From Deltaproteobacteria bacterium (GTDB taxonomy: Bacteria > UBA10199 > JACPAL01), in the NCBI GenBank assembly GCA_016180855.1, contig JACPAL010000005.1:52905-116904 (forward strand): a stretch of 64,000 nucleotides of DNA. Direction: 5' to 3'. The notes beneath the pieces were generated by a model. That model made no database searches. It worked only from the letters and a program-made list of their open reading frames with translations, and had not been told where the DNA came from. Both the position numbers and the translations under genes were made by a program. Below are positions 53,352 to 63,791 of this stretch, piece by piece. Within the stretch, counting starts at the first letter, position 1. Every line of letters starts with the position of its first letter.

Positions 53352-55241
53352 ATGAAAAGAATTCTCCTGTTGGGTCTCTTTTGGGCAGCTGGTTTGAGTC
53401 TCACTTCTTGCGCCTCCGGCTATCAGGCCAAGGTTCGACCGATCCACCAGGCGTATCAGCGTGGAAACTATGACAAGGCACTGCTTCAGATTGACCAGTT
53501 GAAGCCGAGTCCGCGCGATCGATTGCTTTATCTCCTCGACAAGGGGATGGTTCTGCAGGCGGCCGGTCGCTACGAGGAGAGCAATAAGGTGCTCACGGAG
53601 GCGGAGGATTTAAGCGAACTTTTGTCTATTAAAAGTGTCTCGCGTGAAACCGCAGCAACCTTCTGGAGCGAAGAGGCCCGGGAATATCCCGGAGATCCGC
53701 ACGAACGGGTGATGATCCCTGTCGTACGGATGCTCAACTACCTCCTTTTAGGGAATTGGGACGGGGCGCTTGTGGAGCTGCGTCGTACCCTTCATCTCTT
53801 CGAAAAGGTGTATGGGGGGATCCAAAACAGTGATAACGGCTTTGTTCTTTATCTTTCATCGATCATTTGGGAGGCGGCAGGCCACCTGAATGATGCCTTG
53901 ATCGACTTAAATCGTATGAATGCCGGGAAGAGTTCCGCACCCTATTATGCGAAAGACATCAAGTTTTTAAGTCAACGGCTCGGCCTTGCAGCACCACTTC
54001 CGCCTGCTGACCACCCCTCCTGGACAACGACTGCTCGCTATCGCGAGGAACGAGGGCAGTTGGTGGTCGTTGCGCCGCTCGGTCAGGCACCCATTTTTCG
54101 CTCGGAATCGGTTTCAACCGGTTACTTCACGGTCGCCATGCCGGTTTTAAAGGTCAGTACCCCGCGAATTTCCTATGCGACTGTCTCGGTCGATGGTGAG
54201 CCACGTGGCCGGACCTACCCTTTTTATCGCACCGTTGAGGAGAGCCTCAAGGCGCTTCGTGATCGTCGCAAGCAGAGCTTCAAGCGAAAAATGGCGAAGG
54301 TGACCGTTCAGACCGGTCTCTATGCCGTGAGTCAGAAGCTTCTTGATGACGACTCTACGGGAGGTCAAGTGGCCGGCCTTGGTTTGGGACTTTTGAGCCT
54401 GAGTATGTCGGCTGCTGAGAAGGCAGATGAAAGGAGCTGGATAACACTGCCCGCGGAATGGCATCTCGCCCGATTCTACCTCTCAGAGGGGGAGCATGAG
54501 GTGGTGATTTCCCCGGCTGGTGGTTCACTTCCCGACCTGATCCACACCGTTAAAATTTCGCGTGAAAAACCGACTGTTATTGTTGCCCGCTTTACGGAAG
54601 ATTCTTCCGGAGGAGAGGTCATCTCCTCTGCCGGTTCCACGCGGATTCAGAAATTAAAGGAGAGGGAGGAGGAACTCGAGAGAAACGCAGGTCGGGAGAC
54701 CGGTAATGGATCTCTTCTCATTGAATTGGCACGAACCCGTCTGGCGCTTGGTCAGTACGATCTGGAACCGCTGATTCTGAAAGGGATGAAGAGGGGCGGA
54801 GACCCGGGAGAGGGGATTTGGATGCTTGTCCTGTTAAATGTCGTTAAAAACGAATATAATGAGGCTCTTCGGTGGGCGGAAAAGGGAGCCGATCTGCAAG
54901 GTGGAGATAAAGATCTCTTCCGTTTCTATCGTGAGGAACTCACCTTTCTGAAAGGCTCCCAAAAGAAGACCAATTTGGGCCGTAGAATTCCAACAAACAA
55001 AAATTTTGATCTGGCGAACGGGTTCCACCACTATCTCGCTGGTCTCAATGATGAGAAGGGAAAAGATTTTGAGGCGGCCACCAAGAAATTTGTCGAGGCC
55101 TATGGCAAGGGGTTGATCGGGAAGCCGATTGAGGACAAAATAATGGCGACCTTGGAGAAGACAGAACCCAAATTCAAGAAATCAGCCGAGGGAATGGCCC
55201 TTTATGACAAATTTGCCAGGGTCTATCTCGAGACCCATTAA
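53352..55241 (+). CDS. Large hypothetical lipoprotein (about 630 aa) with helical/TPR-like N- and C-terminal regions
   Basis: Lipobox LSLTSCAS; no family recognised. Confidence 0.5.
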   Translation: MKRILLLGLFWAAGLSLTSCASGYQAKVRPIHQAYQRGNYDKALLQIDQLKPSPRDRLLYLLDKGMVLQAAGRYEESNKVLTEAEDLSELLSIKSVSRETAATFWSEEAREYPGDPHERVMIPVVRMLNYLLLGNWDGALVELRRTLHLFEKVYGGIQNSDNGFVLYLSSIIWEAAGHLNDALIDLNRMNAGKSSAPYYAKDIKFLSQRLGLAAPLPPADHPSWTTTARYREERGQLVVVAPLGQAPIFRSESVSTGYFTVAMPVLKVSTPRISYATVSVDGEPRGRTYPFYRTVEESLKALRDRRKQSFKRKMAKVTVQTGLYAVSQKLLDDDSTGGQVAGLGLGLLSLSMSAAEKADERSWITLPAEWHLARFYLSEGEHEVVISPAGGSLPDLIHTVKISREKPTVIVARFTEDSSGGEVISSAGSTRIQKLKEREEELERNAGRETGNGSLLIELARTRLALGQYDLEPLILKGMKRGGDPGEGIWMLVLLNVVKNEYNEALRWAEKGADLQGGDKDLFRFYREELTFLKGSQKKTNLGRRIPTNKNFDLANGFHHYLAGLNDEKGKDFEAATKKFVEAYGKGLIGKPIEDKIMATLEKTEPKFKKSAEGMALYDKFARVYLETH

Positions 55242-55330
55242 GGGTTAAATTTCCAAGAACAAGAGGGATTGGCGTGCTGCATATTTTTTGCTATTTTGGA
55301 TTAAAATTTGTGATACAATCGGTCCCTTAA

Positions 55331-55930
55331 ATGAAGAGACTTTTTCTGGTAGTTCTCATTTTTATTCTTCCCTCCCTCGTGGGGGGGTTCCTTGTCCTTC
55401 GTCTCAATTTGGAGCAACTGACCGTTCTGGCCGACCGGGTTTTCGTGGGGCGATGTCTTTCTGTTGAAAAGGGAAAGGATAAAAACGGTCATCCCGTTCA
55501 GTATGTCAGTTTCAAGGTGAGTGAAAATCTCAAGGGAGAGAATGGGGAGACGGTGACCTTTAAACAGGTCAGGATGGAGACTCTTCCGCTGAACGCCTAC
55601 GAGTCAGCCACAACCGCTTTCAGTGGGCTCCCTCAATATCAGGTGGGGGAAGAAGCGGTGATTTTTTTGAGTGGAGAGAGTGAATTGGGTTTAACGGCGC
55701 CTGTCGGTCTCGCACAGGGTAAATTTGATATTAAAGAAGATCAGCAAGGAAAGAGGGTTGTGGTCAATGGTCTCCAAAATCAGGGGCTGCTTTTGGGGCT
55801 CCGGAAAAGCCCTCGTTTCAAAGTGATGTCGCTTTCGACCGGGGAGAAGGCGCTTCTGGATGGGAATCCCAACAAGGCAGAGATTTCTTACGACGATTTT
55901 CTCTCCTTAGTCAAAAAGCTTTCTCAGTGA
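55331..55930 (+). CDS. Secreted hypothetical protein
   Basis: Signal peptide; TG-extended -10 (TGTGATACAAT) upstream. Confidence 0.5.
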   Translation: MKRLFLVVLIFILPSLVGGFLVLRLNLEQLTVLADRVFVGRCLSVEKGKDKNGHPVQYVSFKVSENLKGENGETVTFKQVRMETLPLNAYESATTAFSGLPQYQVGEEAVIFLSGESELGLTAPVGLAQGKFDIKEDQQGKRVVVNGLQNQGLLLGLRKSPRFKVMSLSTGEKALLDGNPNKAEISYDDFLSLVKKLSQ

Positions 55931-55934
55931 CATT

Positions 55935-57293
55935 ATGAGGAATAAGATCCCGTTATTTTTGGTATCTCTTTTTATTGTCTTATCGGGTGGTCTTGAGGCG
56001 TATGGCCCTCGTTCTGTCACGAACTCCGGCAATGTTGTTAAATGGAGCCTCCCGGTTCGGATCGATCTGGAGTCGGATCTGGATGTCCGCGGGAAGGATG
56101 TGACGGCCCTGATCAATGAAGGCTTGAATCAATGGGCTGACTTGTCCGAGTCGAACGTCACCTATACGCGAGAATCACTCGGTGTGGCGGTTGATGCCGA
56201 TAATGTCTGTTGTTATTTATATGATTCCGCCGCTTGTCCGAGCGGTCCCACCGATGACGGCAAAAATCCGATTGTCATTGATGATGATGGAGCTGTTGTT
56301 GCGAAATTTTTTGGCTCCTCCAACAAGCTCACAACGCTCGGTTTTGCGGCAGTGATTGCCTACGATGCGACGACGGGTGCAGCGGTGAAAGGGGAGGCGG
56401 TTTTTAATGCCGCCTGTCTTAAAGGGGTGGAGCTCGCGGATTGCACGGCGGTCAACCTCAGTTTTGCTGAGGATGATTTTATCTCGTTTATTGTGCATGA
56501 GATTGGACATTTTCTCGGGTTGAACCATGCCCAGGTTAATCTGACGGAGGCGGATAACAGTACGACATCCGATGACGACAAGATCACCACGATGTACGCC
56601 TTCTTCATTCAGGGGAATGGGTCCAACTTCAAGACACCCGAAAGGGATGATCAGGTGGGGCTTGCCTTTCTCTATCCGGAGAGCAGTTTCACCTCTTCCA
56701 CGTTCATGGCGGAGGGGACTGTTTTTGATACCAACGGCACGACTGAATTTGCCTGCGCCAATGTTATTGCCAGAAGCACAACTACTGATAAGACACGTAC
56801 GGATGCGGTCTCCTTTGTCTCCGGTCAGCTTTGCCCGGGTGGTACCTTCAACGATACGTGTGATGGAAACTACCAGATTCAGGGATTGAGCCCCTCCTCG
56901 AGCTACACGCTGGAGGTCGAGGCGATTAATACCAGTTTTCGAGGCTCTTCGGGTATCCCTCCCTGTGAGGCGGCCGGGGAACAGCCAACTTTTACGTCCC
57001 AAACTCGTTCTGGTTCGATCTCCGGCTCTGCTGGCGGGACCTCCAGCGCAAATAATTTTACCTTGTCCGGTACCAGTGGGAACGTGAACACCCTCCTCCT
57101 CCCCCTTGACGATGAGGATCTTCCGGAACTAGAGAGGGAGACGATATCGGACGCGATTTTGGCGATCGAGGCAAAGAGCGCTACAACAGACTGTTCCACG
57201 TCAACCACAGGGACAGACAGTGCGGATAGTGGTGATACCGCGGGGAGTAACAATAGCTCCGGTTGTTCCCTGATCCGTTCGAATCAAAAATGA
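55935..57293 (+). CDS. Secreted metzincin-type zinc metalloprotease
   Basis: Signal peptide; [11 protein letters not shown] (HExxHxxGxxH) with a downstream Met-turn (TTMYAF); Ser/Thr/Gly-rich C-terminal region. Confidence 0.7.
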   Translation: MRNKIPLFLVSLFIVLSGGLEAYGPRSVTNSGNVVKWSLPVRIDLESDLDVRGKDVTALINEGLNQWADLSESNVTYTRESLGVAVDADNVCCYLYDSAACPSGPTDDGKNPIVIDDDGAVVAKFFGSSNKLTTLGFAAVIAYDATTGAAVKGEAVFNAACLKGVELADCTAVNLSFAEDDFISFIVHEIGHFLGLNHAQVNLTEADNSTTSDDDKITTMYAFFIQGNGSNFKTPERDDQVGLAFLYPESSFTSSTFMAEGTVFDTNGTTEFACANVIARSTTTDKTRTDAVSFVSGQLCPGGTFNDTCDGNYQIQGLSPSSSYTLEVEAINTSFRGSSGIPPCEAAGEQPTFTSQTRSGSISGSAGGTSSANNFTLSGTSGNVNTLLLPLDDEDLPELERETISDAILAIEAKSATTDCSTSTTGTDSADSGDTAGSNNSSGCSLIRSNQK

Positions 57294-58417
57294 GGGCATC
57301 ACGAGAAATTCAGATCGGTCGCCTCCGGCTTGGGGGACAAAACCGGATTGCCATTCAGAGCATGTGTGCCACCCGCACACAGGATCTGGAAGGGACCCGT
57401 CGGCAGATCAGGATTCTGACTGAAGCGGGAGCCGATCTAATCCGGGTTGCGATTGACAGCGCCAAGGATGCCGAGGCATTGCAACAGCTTTCCCGGGAGA
57501 CGGATGTTCCTCTCTCGGTCGATCTGCAGGAAAATTATCGCTTGGCTGAGGTGATCGCCCCGTTTGTCCGGAAGATTCGTTACAATCCGGGACACCTCCA
57601 TCATCATGAAAGAGAGAAGTCGAACAGGGAGAAGGTTGCCTGGATCGTGGAACAGGCGTCCAAAAATAGCTGTGCCATCCGGATTGGTGTGAATTGTGGT
57701 TCGATCGATCCCGTTTGGAAGGGGCGGTATCCCGATAATAATGAGGAGGCGATTGTTGGATCTGCCGTTGAACATTGTGAGATCCTGGACCGGCTTGGGT
57801 TTAAAAATTATCTCGTCTCGCTTAAGGATTCAGACCCGGCGGAGGTGATCAAGATTAATCGCCGGTTTCATCAGGTCCGTTCCGATGTGCCGATTCATCT
57901 GGGTGTGACCGAGGCGGGTATGCCGCCCGAGGGTATTATCAAGACAAGAATCGCTTTTGAACAACTCCTCTCTCAGGGGATCGGTGATACGGTCCGGATC
58001 TCTCTGACCGTTCCATTTGATCAGAAGGGGATGGAGATCGCCGTTGCCCGTGAGATTTTGACAGATATTGCCGAGGGGCGTTTCCGTTCCGTGCCCGATT
58101 TTGGAGACCAAAAACTCAATATCATATCGTGCCCCTCCTGCTCCCGTGTGGAGAATGAAAAGTTTGTGGAACTCGCCCAGGCCGTGAAAGAGATGTCTCA
58201 GTATGCCAAGGGACATGCGGTTACGATTGCGGTCATGGGTTGCCGTGTAAACGGTCCGGGTGAAACCGATGATGCTGATTTGGGGCTCTGGTGCGGCCCC
58301 AACCTTGTGAATCTCAAGAAAAAAGAGGACTCCCTTGGTAGTTATTCTTACGAAGAGATTCTCCCCCGCCTTCGTTCTGAATTGAATCGGTTGATCTCAG
58401 AAAAACGGGCATCTTAG
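57290..58417 (+). CDS. ispG: 4-hydroxy-3-methylbut-2-en-1-yl diphosphate synthase (flavodoxin)
   Basis: IspG/GcpE blocks (IAIQSMC; CPSCSR; [10 protein letters not shown]). Confidence 0.85.
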   Translation: MRASREIQIGRLRLGGQNRIAIQSMCATRTQDLEGTRRQIRILTEAGADLIRVAIDSAKDAEALQQLSRETDVPLSVDLQENYRLAEVIAPFVRKIRYNPGHLHHHEREKSNREKVAWIVEQASKNSCAIRIGVNCGSIDPVWKGRYPDNNEEAIVGSAVEHCEILDRLGFKNYLVSLKDSDPAEVIKINRRFHQVRSDVPIHLGVTEAGMPPEGIIKTRIAFEQLLSQGIGDTVRISLTVPFDQKGMEIAVAREILTDIAEGRFRSVPDFGDQKLNIISCPSCSRVENEKFVELAQAVKEMSQYAKGHAVTIAVMGCRVNGPGETDDADLGLWCGPNLVNLKKKEDSLGSYSYEEILPRLRSELNRLISEKRAS

Positions 58418-59799
58418 GCTGTTGCCCCTCCAACGACCAGCTTCGGGATTCTGATGGTGGGTTGTGCATCACCAACCGGGACCCCCTGATTATCCTTGCC
58501 GCAGGTGCCGATTCCAAAACCGGAGTCGTTGCCGACCTTGTCAATAATCTGCAAGACTTTAGGCCCATTGCCAGTCAGCGTTGCCCCGCGAACCGGATCT
58601 CCGATCTTTCCTTTATCGATCAGATACGCCTCGTTGACTTCAAAGATGAAGTCCCCGTTCACCGTATTGACCTGTCCTCCCCCCATCTTCTTGACAAAAA
58701 GTCCCCTCTCCGTGGAGCGTAAGATCTCCCCCGGGTCATCATGGCCAGGAAGGATCATCGTATTGGTCATCCGGCAGATCGGTTTATGGCGGTACGACTC
58801 ACGACGACCGTTGCCGGTGGAGCGAGCCCCATTTTTCATCGCCATCCGACGGTCGAACATATAATTTTTGAGGACCCCTTTTTCAATTAAAACGGTCCGT
58901 TCGGCAGGGGTCCCCTCATCATCAAAGACAAAAGAGCCCCGCTTATTCGGAACGGTCGCGTCATCCACGACTGAGATCTTCTCATTTCCAACCGTCTGGC
59001 CGATCTTCTTGTGATAGACGGAGAGCCCCTCACAGGCCAGGTCGGCCTCTAAACCGTGTCCAACCGCCTCGTGAACCATTGTTCCTCCAGCCTCCGAAGA
59101 GAGGACAATGGGCATCGTTCCGGCGGGGGCCCTGCGGGCGCAAAGCATCCGGATCGCCTGTTCACACGCCTTTTTGGCGACCTCTTCGGGCGGATTCTCC
59201 TCCAGTAGTTCCAGACCAACAAGTCCACCGACCGGATGGTATCCGGTCTGAAGCTCTCCATTTTTACCGGCCACCACCTGAAGATAATAGAGGGTGTAGA
59301 TTCGGTGGTCGCATGCCAGTTCCCCGTTGGAGTGGGCGATCTCCACCTTTTTCTGGATGTCGGCATAGAGCACCTTCACCTGTTTGATCCTTGGATCAAA
59401 ACTCCAGGCAACCTCTTCACCCCTCCGGATAAACTCGCTTTTTTTCTGGAGGGAGAACCGGGACGGATCCCTCTGAATGGTGACTGTCCAAGGGGAGGGG
59501 ATCGCATGAACGGTTATTGGCTCTTTGAACTTTCCCGCATGGACCGCCGAGGCGATTCGATCGGCCAATTCGAGGAGTGATCTCTCCGAGATTTCATTGG
59601 TGAAACCATAGGCTGTCTTTCCATTCCATAAGACCCGGATTCCGATGCCGGAATCAAGGGAAGGTGTGATTTTATCGAGGCGGCGCTCCTCCGAGATTAA
59701 TTGGAGGGACTCTGTCTCCTCGGCATAAATCTCGGCATAGTCCCCGCCGTGAAAAAGGGCTTTCTGCAGGATTTTTTTGAGATCAAAATTTTCGATCAT
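58414..59799 (-). CDS. tldD: TldD/PmbA-family metalloprotease
   Basis: PmbA_TldD family blocks incl. HEAVGHGLE; start taken at MIENFDL. Confidence 0.8.
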   Translation of the reverse strand: MIENFDLKKILQKALFHGGDYAEIYAEETESLQLISEERRLDKITPSLDSGIGIRVLWNGKTAYGFTNEISERSLLELADRIASAVHAGKFKEPITVHAIPSPWTVTIQRDPSRFSLQKKSEFIRRGEEVAWSFDPRIKQVKVLYADIQKKVEIAHSNGELACDHRIYTLYYLQVVAGKNGELQTGYHPVGGLVGLELLEENPPEEVAKKACEQAIRMLCARRAPAGTMPIVLSSEAGGTMVHEAVGHGLEADLACEGLSVYHKKIGQTVGNEKISVVDDATVPNKRGSFVFDDEGTPAERTVLIEKGVLKNYMFDRRMAMKNGARSTGNGRRESYRHKPICRMTNTMILPGHDDPGEILRSTERGLFVKKMGGGQVNTVNGDFIFEVNEAYLIDKGKIGDPVRGATLTGNGPKVLQIIDKVGNDSGFGIGTCGKDNQGVPVGDAQPTIRIPKLVVGGATA

Positions 59800-59914
59800 T
59801 GTTCCCCCCGGATGCGTACGTAACACGGGGCCTCACAAGTCGGCAACCTGAATTTCCCCGCAACCCCTTTTGAGGAGAGGTCGAATAGGTCCTTGATTAA
59901 CGGAAGGGGAGTCA

Positions 59915-61372
59915 ATGATCAAAAATTACATCAACGGCCAGTGGGGTGAGAGTCAGGGACGTGAATCGGTTGAGGTGGTGAACCCTGCCACAAAGGAGCT
60001 TTTAGATCGGTGTCCGTTAGGAACTCCTGGGGATGTTGATCGAGCGGTTCAAGCCGCATCAAGCGCCTTTGTTTCCTGGCGCAGGACGCCAGTCATTGAC
60101 CGTGTTCAGCCATTTTTTCGTCTTAAGACCTTGATGGAAGAGAATCTTCCGGCGCTTGCCCGCCAAGTCACGATTGAGAATGGCAAGATCCTTGCTGAGG
60201 CGATCGGGTCAGTTCGTCGTGCGATCCAAATGGTGGAGACCGCCTGCGGGATGCCGTCCCTCATGATGGGGCAGTTCTCCGAGGACATTGCCGGAGAGAT
60301 CGATTGTCTCTCTGTCCGTCAACCCATTGGCGTTTTTGCCTCAATCAACCCATTCAACTTTCCTGCCATGGTCCCGTTCTGGTTTTGGCCGTTCGCCGTT
60401 GCAGCCGGCAACACGTTCATTGTGAAACCGAGCGAGAGAGTTCCTCTCACACAAATCAAAATTTTTGAGCTTATTGAAAAGGCCGGTTTCCCCAAAGGGG
60501 TTATCAACATGGTGCAAGGAGGGAAGGAGGTTGTAAACGCCCTTCTGGCCCACCCCACTATCAAAGGCATCAGTTTTGTCGGCTCCACGCCGGTTGCCAA
60601 GTATGTTTATCAGACAGGGACGGCGAATCTGAAACGGGTTCAGGCGTTGGGCGGGGCCAAAAATTCTATGGTCGTGCTGCCGGATGCCTCACTGGAGAAG
60701 TCGGCCCGCGTTGCGTTTGAATCGATTACCGGTTGTGCGGGGGAGCGTTGTCTGGCCGGCTCAGTGGTCATTTGTGTTGGAGATGAGGTTGACCGGAAAT
60801 TTCGTGATCTGGTTATCCCGATTGCGAGCGACACCATTGTGGGAAACGGGCTTGAGGCTCGGGTTCAGATGGGTCCTGTCATTTCGGAGGCGGCCAGGGA
60901 GAGGATCAAGGGGCTGATCCAATCAGCCGTCGATGAAGGAGCCGATCTCCTTCTGGATGGCCGGAAAAATTTGGGTGACCTGCCTGGTTTCTTTCTCCGC
61001 CCGACGGTCATTGGAGGTGTTCGTCCAGGGATGAGGATTGCAGAAGAGGAGATTTTTGGTCCGGTTGTCTGTCTTGCCAAGGTCGATTCATTTGACGACG
61101 CGATCCGGTGGATCAACAGCTCTCCGTATGGAAATACGACGACCCTTTTTACGACGAGTGGTGCGGCGGCGCGGAAATTCAGTTACGAAGTTGATCCGGG
61201 GATGGTCGGTATCAACATCGGTGTTCCGGCCCCGATGGCGTTCTTCTCATTTGGAGGAAGAAAGGATTCATTTTTTGGCGATGTGAAGGCGCATGGAAAT
61301 CAGTGCATTAACTTTTTTACCGATACCAAGGTGATTACCGAGCGTTGGTTGAAGGATTCGAGTATTTGGTGA
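59915..61372 (+). CDS. mmsA: CoA-acylating methylmalonate/malonate-semialdehyde dehydrogenase
   Basis: ALDH superfamily with MMSDH-like N-terminus (MIKNYINGQW...VVNPAT) and catalytic Cys (ITGCAGERC). Confidence 0.75.
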   Translation: MIKNYINGQWGESQGRESVEVVNPATKELLDRCPLGTPGDVDRAVQAASSAFVSWRRTPVIDRVQPFFRLKTLMEENLPALARQVTIENGKILAEAIGSVRRAIQMVETACGMPSLMMGQFSEDIAGEIDCLSVRQPIGVFASINPFNFPAMVPFWFWPFAVAAGNTFIVKPSERVPLTQIKIFELIEKAGFPKGVINMVQGGKEVVNALLAHPTIKGISFVGSTPVAKYVYQTGTANLKRVQALGGAKNSMVVLPDASLEKSARVAFESITGCAGERCLAGSVVICVGDEVDRKFRDLVIPIASDTIVGNGLEARVQMGPVISEAARERIKGLIQSAVDEGADLLLDGRKNLGDLPGFFLRPTVIGGVRPGMRIAEEEIFGPVVCLAKVDSFDDAIRWINSSPYGNTTTLFTTSGAAARKFSYEVDPGMVGINIGVPAPMAFFSFGGRKDSFFGDVKAHGNQCINFFTDTKVITERWLKDSSIW

Positions 61373-61392
61373 GGGTTTAAAAAAGAGGTTTT

Positions 61393-62793
61393 ATGGCGAC
61401 TCTCTTAATCAAGGGCGCTGAAGTGGTTACGGCGACAGATCATTACAAGGCTGATGTCTACATTGTTGGCGAACAGATCCAGACGATTGGTAAAGATCTG
61501 AGACTTTCAGCTGACCGGGTCATTGATGCAACCGGCTGTTACCTTTTTCCTGGCGGGATTGATCCCCATACCCATATGGAGCTTCCGTTCATGGGGACAT
61601 TCGCAAGCGACGATTTTGAAACGGGCACCTTGGCTGGCCTGCATGGGGGGACAACAACCATTATTGATTTTGCCATCCAGACCCAGGGAGATACCCTCCA
61701 TCATGCCCTGAATCAGTGGCATGAGAGGGCGGATGGAAAAGCGGTTGGCGATTATGCCTTTCACATAGGTGTCACTGATTTTAATGAAAAGAGCCGTGTC
61801 GAGATTCGGGAATTAATCGAGAAGCGAGGCGTCACTTCCTTCAAGACCTTCATGGCGTACAAAGGGGCGCTCATGATCGATGACCGCCAGATGGTGGGGC
61901 TTTTTGCTGAACTGAAGAAATATGGTGGAATTCTCACGACGCATGCCGAAAATGGTGATCTCGTTGATCACCTGATTCAAAAAAACAGGGAGGCTGGCAA
62001 CAAAGCACCGAGGTTTCATCCGTTGTCACGCCCTGCAATTTGCGAGGCGGAGGCGACAGGGCGCGTTATTGATCTGGCCTACGAGGGAGGGCACCCCCTT
62101 TATATTGTGCACATGACTTGTGAAGAGGCGCTTGATCGTGTGAAGAATGCCTCCTTCCGTCGGCAGACGGTTTTGGCCGAGACCTGCATTCAATATCTGT
62201 TGCTCGATGAGTCACTTTATTTTCAGGAAGGTTTTGAGGGGGCGAAGTACGTCATGAGTCCGCCGCTCCGTAAGCAAAAAGACAGGGAGGCGTTGTGGGA
62301 GGGGGTCAATCAGGGCTTGATTTTGACCGTTGCCACGGATCATTGCCCATTCTGCATGAACCAGAAGGAGATGGGGAGGGATGATTTCTCCAAGATTCCA
62401 AACGGGGCCCCTGGCGTTGAGAACCGGATGGAACTCCTCTTCTCCGAGGGGGTTTTGAAGAACAGGATCTCTTTAAACAAGTTTGTTCAGGTCTCTTCGA
62501 CCAATGCCGCAAAGATTTTCGGATTGTTCCCCAGGAAGGGAACGATTGCCGTTGGATCAGATGCTGACGTGGTTATCTTTGATCCAGAGGCCGAGCATAC
62601 GCTATCTGTCAAAACCCATCACATGCGGTGTGATTACAGTGCCTATGAAGGATGGAAGGTTCGCGGAAAGTGCCGGACAACGATCTTGCGTGGTCGCGTG
62701 GTGATCGATGAAGGAAAGGTTTTTGTCGAGAGAGGGTCTGGGCAGTATTTGATGAGGAATCCTCATAACCCCCTCTTAAGGCTTCGGCCGTGA
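61393..62793 (+). CDS. Dihydropyrimidinase / D-hydantoinase
   Basis: Cyclic amidohydrolase metal-ligand blocks (GGIDPHTHMELPFMG; carbamylated-Lys region FKTFMAYKG). Confidence 0.8.
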   Translation: MATLLIKGAEVVTATDHYKADVYIVGEQIQTIGKDLRLSADRVIDATGCYLFPGGIDPHTHMELPFMGTFASDDFETGTLAGLHGGTTTIIDFAIQTQGDTLHHALNQWHERADGKAVGDYAFHIGVTDFNEKSRVEIRELIEKRGVTSFKTFMAYKGALMIDDRQMVGLFAELKKYGGILTTHAENGDLVDHLIQKNREAGNKAPRFHPLSRPAICEAEATGRVIDLAYEGGHPLYIVHMTCEEALDRVKNASFRRQTVLAETCIQYLLLDESLYFQEGFEGAKYVMSPPLRKQKDREALWEGVNQGLILTVATDHCPFCMNQKEMGRDDFSKIPNGAPGVENRMELLFSEGVLKNRISLNKFVQVSSTNAAKIFGLFPRKGTIAVGSDADVVIFDPEAEHTLSVKTHHMRCDYSAYEGWKVRGKCRTTILRGRVVIDEGKVFVERGSGQYLMRNPHNPLLRLRP

Positions 62794-62852
62794 GCTCAGC
62801 CGAACGGTAAGAGGGGGTAGGGGGCGTTATGGATAATGAAGGAGATAACAAC

Positions 62853-63719
62853 ATGTCACGCATAGTCAAAGCGGCCGTTCTTCAGGTTGCAAATAAACTG
62901 GCTACGGATCTCCCCTGTGAAAAACATCGGGAGGCGATGATTGAGGCGCATCTTCCCTATATCCGGGAGGCCGGTTCCAAGGGGGTTCAGGTTCTGTGCC
63001 TTCAGGAGGTCTTTACCGGCCCTTATTTTTGTCCATCACAAGACTCCAAGTGGTACGGTCTCTCCGAAAAGATCCCCGACGGACCGACCACACAGCTCAT
63101 GAAGGAGTATGCCAAAAAGTACAACATGGTCTTAATCCTCCCTCTTTATGAGGAGGAGATGACAGGAGTTTATTACAACACCGCAGCCGTGATTGACGCC
63201 GATGGAAAATATCTCGGCAAGTACCGCAAGAATCACATCCCGCAGGTCGCCGGCTTCTGGGAGAAATTTTTTTTCAAACCCGGAAATCTTGGTTATCCGG
63301 TTTTTCAGACCGCCTATGGCAAGGTTGGTGTCTACATCTGCTATGATCGTCATTTTCCCGAGGGGGCTCGGTGTCTCGGCTTGAACGGTGCCGAGGTGGT
63401 TTTCAATCCGTCCGCAACGGTTAAGGGGTTGTCCCGTTATCTTTGGGAGATAGAGCAACCGGCCCACGCCGTTGCGAATGGCTATTTCGTTGGGGCGATC
63501 AACCGGGTCGGCAAGGAAGGTCCATGGAATGTCGGTGAGTTTTACGGCTCCTCCTACTTTGTGAGTCCACGAGGGAAAATTATTGCCCAGGCCTCAGAGG
63601 ACAGGGATGAATTGCTTATGGCCGATCTTAATCTGGATGAGATTCGCGAAGTGCGAGATTTGTGGCAGTTTTATCGGGATCGGCGGCCGGAGACCTACAA
63701 AACAATGGTGGAGTTATAG
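62853..63719 (+). CDS. Beta-ureidopropionase / N-carbamoyl-amino-acid amidohydrolase (nitrilase superfamily)
   Basis: CN-hydrolase catalytic triad context (LCLQE...; YRKNHIP; VYICYDRHFPE). Confidence 0.75.
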   Translation: MSRIVKAAVLQVANKLATDLPCEKHREAMIEAHLPYIREAGSKGVQVLCLQEVFTGPYFCPSQDSKWYGLSEKIPDGPTTQLMKEYAKKYNMVLILPLYEEEMTGVYYNTAAVIDADGKYLGKYRKNHIPQVAGFWEKFFFKPGNLGYPVFQTAYGKVGVYICYDRHFPEGARCLGLNGAEVVFNPSATVKGLSRYLWEIEQPAHAVANGYFVGAINRVGKEGPWNVGEFYGSSYFVSPRGKIIAQASEDRDELLMADLNLDEIREVRDLWQFYRDRRPETYKTMVEL

Positions 63720-63791
63720 GATCTAAGAGGGGGTCTCCCCTTAAGATAAGGGGAGGTGGGGAGGGGATATGAAATCAGAGGGTCTATTCTG

